Source of the DNA: an uncultured Candidatus Bathyarchaeia archaeon
GTDB taxonomy: Archaea > Thermoproteota > Bathyarchaeia > Bathyarchaeales > Bathycorpusculaceae
NCBI GenBank assembly: GCA_964573475.1
Contig: CAZNJT010000001.1
Span: 1,887-48,554, forward strand
Reading direction: 5' to 3'
Length of the DNA stretch: 46,668 bases
Below the pieces are notes generated by a model. The model had not been told where the DNA came from and searched no databases. It saw nothing but the letters and a program-made list of their open reading frames with translations. Position numbers and translations under genes: made by a program. Numbering within the stretch: position 1 is the stretch's first letter; the number at the start of each line of letters is the position of its first letter. Positions 43,455 through 46,668 of this stretch are shown here, one piece after another.

Positions 43455-44510
43455 CTAAACGTGTGCGTAAACCCTGTCGCTTGTGTATCTTCCACTTTCC
43501 ATTTCCCCTTCTATTTCACGCAACAACAATATTCGCCTAAAAGTCGGTGGATGCGTTGCAAACCAAGTGTTTATTTTTGTCCATGTGGATTTGGCTTCCT
43601 TTTCCATGGCCAATTCTAATTCTCTTTCGTCAAGTACTCCGTCTTTGTTTAAGTCGTATTCTTCTTTTTTCTCCATTATTGGTTGAATCTCCTGTTTAGC
43701 CATTGCCGGGTCTTCTATATAGAAGGCTCTGGCTCCGGATGTTGGTTTAGGTGAAAGTGACAGGCCGTATGTGATTTTTGCTAGTGCGCTTTCTAGGCTT
43801 CTTGGCGAGCCTGTTATGTACGCTGAGTATGCATCTGCGTAATGCTCTCGGAGTCTGCTAAGCCGCATTACGCATAGAAGTGAGATAATGTAGATTATGT
43901 AAGAGATTATTCCAACGGCGAAAAGTGCTGCTCTCATTTCGCTTTCGTCTCTCTTTCTTGATGAACCGGAAAATCTGGCTACTGTCCATGTTGACCTTGC
44001 AATTAGATAAGCAATTAATGGTAACGCCGAAATAATGGTCATTATAATGTAATCTTTATGTTTTATGTGTCCTAGCTCGTGGCCGATTACACCTTTAACC
44101 TCGTCCTCGTTCAGGTTTCTTAGGAGTCCTTCATGAACTGCTAGTGTGGCGTCGCTGGCGGTTCTGCCGAAGACAAAGGCGTTGGGTGTGTTGTCTGGAA
44201 CGGTGGCCAATCGCGGCATTGGTATCCCACTTTTATCTGCTAGTCCCTTTACGGTGGATTCAAGCCATGGGTTCTCTCCAGCTTTCAGATATTTTAGTCG
44301 TGTCGACATTCTGACGATGGCGGGTCCTATTAGGTACTGAAACAGTATGAAGAGGATGGTGAGGATAACTGAGTAAACCAAGTTCAGTTGAATAATGAAC
44401 ATTATTGCCGCTAGGAATGCGGCGAAAATGAAGGCTACTAGGAATACAGATGTTCCCATCGCAAGTCTTAGCTGAGCGAGTCTTGCCATGATGTCTCCCG
44501 TACTGTTCAT
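43455..44510 (-). CDS. htpX: HtpX-type M48 zinc metalloprotease with an inserted EF-hand-like loop
   Basis: HELGHIKH, four TM segments, C-terminal ATHPPTFRRI. DLNKDGVLDERE at aa 286-297. Confidence 0.9.
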   Translation of the reverse strand: MNSTGDIMARLAQLRLAMGTSVFLVAFIFAAFLAAIMFIIQLNLVYSVILTILFILFQYLIGPAIVRMSTRLKYLKAGENPWLESTVKGLADKSGIPMPRLATVPDNTPNAFVFGRTASDATLAVHEGLLRNLNEDEVKGVIGHELGHIKHKDYIIMTIISALPLIAYLIARSTWTVARFSGSSRKRDESEMRAALFAVGIISYIIYIISLLCVMRLSRLREHYADAYSAYITGSPRSLESALAKITYGLSLSPKPTSGARAFYIEDPAMAKQEIQPIMEKKEEYDLNKDGVLDERELELAMEKEAKSTWTKINTWFATHPPTFRRILLLREIEGEMESGRYTSDRVYAHV

Positions 44511-44790
44511 GTGATGAAAAGTGTTTGAATTAAAGTTTTCTTAAGAAATTTTTGGGAGGTAAATTTGAAAGATTGTTTAAATTTAACCATAGGAAAAAGT
44601 TCTCTAAACATATTACAAAAATCCGCAATCAAGTGCCATTGTTGCTTTGGAATTAGAATGCTCCGGTCAGGATCGGAACACGAGTTTACCAGTAGAAATA
44701 TGCATGCTGCATGCTTGGCGAATGTTTGAATCCCTCTCAGGCTACAGTGATTAAGTTACATTCTCGAAAAATGCAGAGCGTGTGCTCCGA

Positions 44791-45435
44791 TTAAAGGTGT
44801 TTTTGGTTAGGTCTTGGTGGTCCTTCAAGGAATCTTCCGATCCAGAAGACGGCAAGAGGTATCAGCCACAGATAGAATCTTGAAGGCACGTCCTGAATTC
44901 TCCAAAACCAGAACTGGGGGAACATGGTTAACAAAAAGAGACCAGCTGCTATGAGCAGGGTGTTCCTGACTTTTTTATACGGTTCTAAGAGTTCTACGGC
45001 GATGAGTTGCTTTTCTTCTATTGTCAGTTCACGAGTGAAGAAAGCTAAAATGGCCATTAAGGCTGCCATGTTGAGAGCGTACAAAATGGAAGCATAATGA
45101 ACAACCTCGGTCTCAGTTGCATGCCCGAATAGGCTTACAAGGTTGAACAAGTAAGGCTCGAGCGATACTGAGAATAGCATTATTACATTGAGGAATCTTG
45201 TTGTTCTGTTTTCCATTGGAAGCACGGACATTATGCTCGTATAACTTATCCATACAGAAATCAATATGAGAAAACTGAACGTGAAAGCGACTATGTCACT
45301 TATGACTTCAGTTAGTTGTCCTGGTGGTCTACTGAGCAGTGAATAAGCACTCAATGATAACGCAAGTCCAAATATCAAATCTGACAAACTCTCAATGCGT
45401 GGTCTCGGACTGGCACGCGCATTATTTCCGGACAC
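44791..45435 (-). CDS. TMEM175/DUF1211-family membrane protein (putative K+ channel)
   Basis: N-terminal RIESLSDLIFGLALSL (R-x-x-x-[FL]-S-D signature) and six hydrophobic segments. GTG start. Confidence 0.78.
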   Translation of the reverse strand: MSGNNARASPRPRIESLSDLIFGLALSLSAYSLLSRPPGQLTEVISDIVAFTFSFLILISVWISYTSIMSVLPMENRTTRFLNVIMLFSVSLEPYLFNLVSLFGHATETEVVHYASILYALNMAALMAILAFFTRELTIEEKQLIAVELLEPYKKVRNTLLIAAGLFLLTMFPQFWFWRIQDVPSRFYLWLIPLAVFWIGRFLEGPPRPNQKHL

Positions 45436-45455
45436 GAGAGTTCAGCCCCACTTGT

Positions 45456-45911
45456 CTAGTATTTGACGCTGAGATATAACAGTACAGCTAGTGCTCCAAG
45501 TGTAAATAGGTCTGGCAACATGGCAAATGGTCCCAAACCAAGTGGCCAAAAACCGAAAGCCCGAATGACCAGGGGATTGGAGGCAAGAGCATTGAGAAGA
45601 AAGACCGCTGAAAATATTATTAGCCCTATTGTGAACTCTGACCGTGTCTTCCGGTATATGCTAACATATATGAGCAATAGGAAAATTGAAAGCGTCACAT
45701 TGATCGCGGAAATTACTGTATCTACTGTATAGAAAAGCTCTATGTCTTCAGGAATTTCATGTTGAGAGTGTGGGTGGGGTTCCCAAGGTCTCCAAGGATA
45801 ACGTGGAAACCAAAAGGTTGATGTAGCCCAGAGTGCTGCCAGTATAGCTACCACTATTAGAGTTGCTAGTATCAGCCAAATTCTCACATTTTTATTCATA
45901 CAATGCTTCAT
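45456..45911 (-). CDS. Hypothetical four-TM membrane protein
   Basis: Hydrophobic segments with a Trp/Pro/His-rich first loop (FWFPRYPWRPWEPHPHSQHE). Sits between the wHTH gene and the TMEM175-like gene on the same strand, with gaps of 17 and 20 nt. Confidence 0.5.
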   Translation of the reverse strand: MKHCMNKNVRIWLILATLIVVAILAALWATSTFWFPRYPWRPWEPHPHSQHEIPEDIELFYTVDTVISAINVTLSIFLLLIYVSIYRKTRSEFTIGLIIFSAVFLLNALASNPLVIRAFGFWPLGLGPFAMLPDLFTLGALAVLLYLSVKY

Positions 45912-45928
45912 TTGCTTTACTCCTTTTT

Positions 45929-46237
45929 CTACTTTTTCCAGATTTTCTTCAGAATCTCCTCGAACAAAGCGTAATTCTCCTCCATCGCTGGAGACAAGAA
46001 ATACGTGGTACCATACCTATCTCCGGCTGACGTGATTATTCTGTTTTTCTCAAGAACTTTAAGATGATGCCTTATTGTCCTATAATCCATTCCAAGAAGG
46101 TTCGCCAACTGATTTGCATTTTGCGGAGTCTCCTTTAGAGTCTCAATTATTTTGGCACGAGTCGCGCCACCTCTCGTGCCTGCGATTAGCCACCCAAGCA
46201 AATACTTTAATGGACGCGCGCTAGTAGACATCCACAC
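45929..46237 (-). CDS. ArsR-like winged-helix transcriptional regulator
   Basis: GGATRAKIIETLKETPQNANQLANLLGMDYRTIRHHLKVLEKNRII...YGTTYFL. GTG 46237 or ATG 46231. Confidence 0.75.
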   Translation of the reverse strand: MWMSTSARPLKYLLGWLIAGTRGGATRAKIIETLKETPQNANQLANLLGMDYRTIRHHLKVLEKNRIITSAGDRYGTTYFLSPAMEENYALFEEILKKIWKK

Positions 46238-46245
46238 CGCTCCGC

Positions 46246-46274
46246 ATAGATTAAGGAGTTTTCGTTAAATCTAT
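46246..46274. promoter_or_regulatory. Inverted repeat ATAGATT-N15-AATCTAT overlapping the wHTH promoter region
   Basis: Arms at 46246-46252 and 46268-46274, 9-37 nt upstream of the wHTH start. They flank the A/T-rich GATTTAAC on the minus strand. Confidence 0.25.
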
Positions 46275-46404
46275 CTGAATTAGGGTAATAAATATGTCCC
46301 TCAATTTTCCAGTGTCAGATCTAATGTGGATATGATTAAATTATGAAAAGAATCGGGTCTAATTCTGAAAAACTCCTTAATAATCCACAGACGTTTCAAC
46401 CAAG

Positions 46405-46668
46405 ATGACGACAATTTGGGGAAATAAGGAGGTGATTGAACTGGAAAGAAAAGTCAAACTCTTAATGCTTTCAACAGTGTTAATCTTAGCAATATTGTCT
46501 GGAGTAGCTGTAATGGTGTACGCCAACGGAGTAGCCAATGACACGAGCACGGAATCTGACATCATGCTCAATTATGGCGGCTGCCCTGGTGGTGGACATG
46601 GATTTGGATGGGGAGGCGGATCTATAACTGTCAGTCAAGAGTATAAGGACAAAGTCATCAACATAGCG
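46405..46668 (+). CDS. Window-edge partial CDS: signal-anchor/secreted Gly-rich protein (3' end outside the window)
   Basis: Absent from the ORF track. ATG 46405 is open to the window end: MTTIWGNKEVIELERKVKLLMLSTVLILAILSGVAVMVYANG...GGCPGGGHGFGWGGGSITVSQEYKDKVINIA. Hydrophobic signal-like helix. The start is uncertain (in-frame GTG 46432 and ATG 46465). Confidence 0.4.
   Translation, partial: MTTIWGNKEVIELERKVKLLMLSTVLILAILSGVAVMVYANGVANDTSTESDIMLNYGGCPGGGHGFGWGGGSITVSQEYKDKVINIA

Noticed and set aside
44511-44517. GTGATGA, a C-box-like string at the start of the 280-nt spacer upstream of htpX
   Set aside because: There is no CTGA D or D' box within about 70 nt downstream and no terminal stem. 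It also abuts the htpX start codon. This is not a convincing C/D box sRNA.
46377-46571. Tracked 64-aa minus-strand ORF near the 3' edge
   Set aside because: The plus strand carries a longer open frame from 46405 to the window end with a signal-anchor-like helix, so the minus-strand ORF is more likely the spurious one.
1-46668. Scan for CRISPR arrays, transposase/integrase genes, prophage-like blocks, defence-system signatures, rRNA or tRNA genes and long direct repeats
   Set aside because: None was found by reading the sequence and the ORF translations. The window looks like core chromosome apart from the signalling island. This was a visual scan only, so short or degenerate elements could have been missed.

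Overview
Densely coding archaeal chromosomal window with about 48 protein genes. I found no rRNA, tRNA, CRISPR array, integrase or transposase, and no large repeats. All calls come from reading motifs in the supplied translations and checking start codons and Shine-Dalgarno (GGAGG-type) or TATA context by eye. No alignments or searches were run.

Archaeal origin is supported by family-B DNA polymerase, STT3-type AglB, CDP-archaeol synthase, a RadB-like ATPase, a Clp1-type kinase, CTP-dependent riboflavin kinase and TrmB/MEDS regulators. Lineage cannot be fixed from here. The 892-aa PolB, the editing-domain-less ThrRS and the very eukaryote-like AglB lean towards TACK/Asgard-type archaea.

Most of the window is housekeeping:
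- Information processing: RNA m5C methyltransferase, thrS, polB, topA, nth, sua5, thyX.
- Central metabolism: gcvT, gcvH, pgk, gap, ino1, ribK, acdA.
- Membrane and envelope: queT, aglH, aglB, carS, htpX.

The non-routine content, best candidates first:
1. A three-TM protein that resembles the eukaryotic OST accessory subunit OSTC/DC2. It lies about 4 kb from AglB/AglH genes that carry eukaryote-type motifs.
2. A 123-aa protein that resembles proteasome assembly chaperones PAC3/PAC4, translationally coupled to a UbiD-family decarboxylase.
3. A signalling island (20.4-27.3 kb) with a MEDS-5xPAS histidine kinase, a REC-TrmB regulator, an ArsR-MEDS regulator, a paralogous stand-alone REC protein and a PadR regulator.
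4. An RNase H-fold nuclease gene overlapping a Clp1-type polynucleotide kinase gene.
5. A tightly coupled alpha-glucan operon: GH57, a winged-helix protein, an N-domain-only GT4 and a full GT4.
6. An HtpX protease carrying a canonical EF-hand loop.
7. gcvH coupled to a single-Cys Nox/CoADR-type flavoprotein.

None of these is proven novel. Each needs the profile searches named in its finding.
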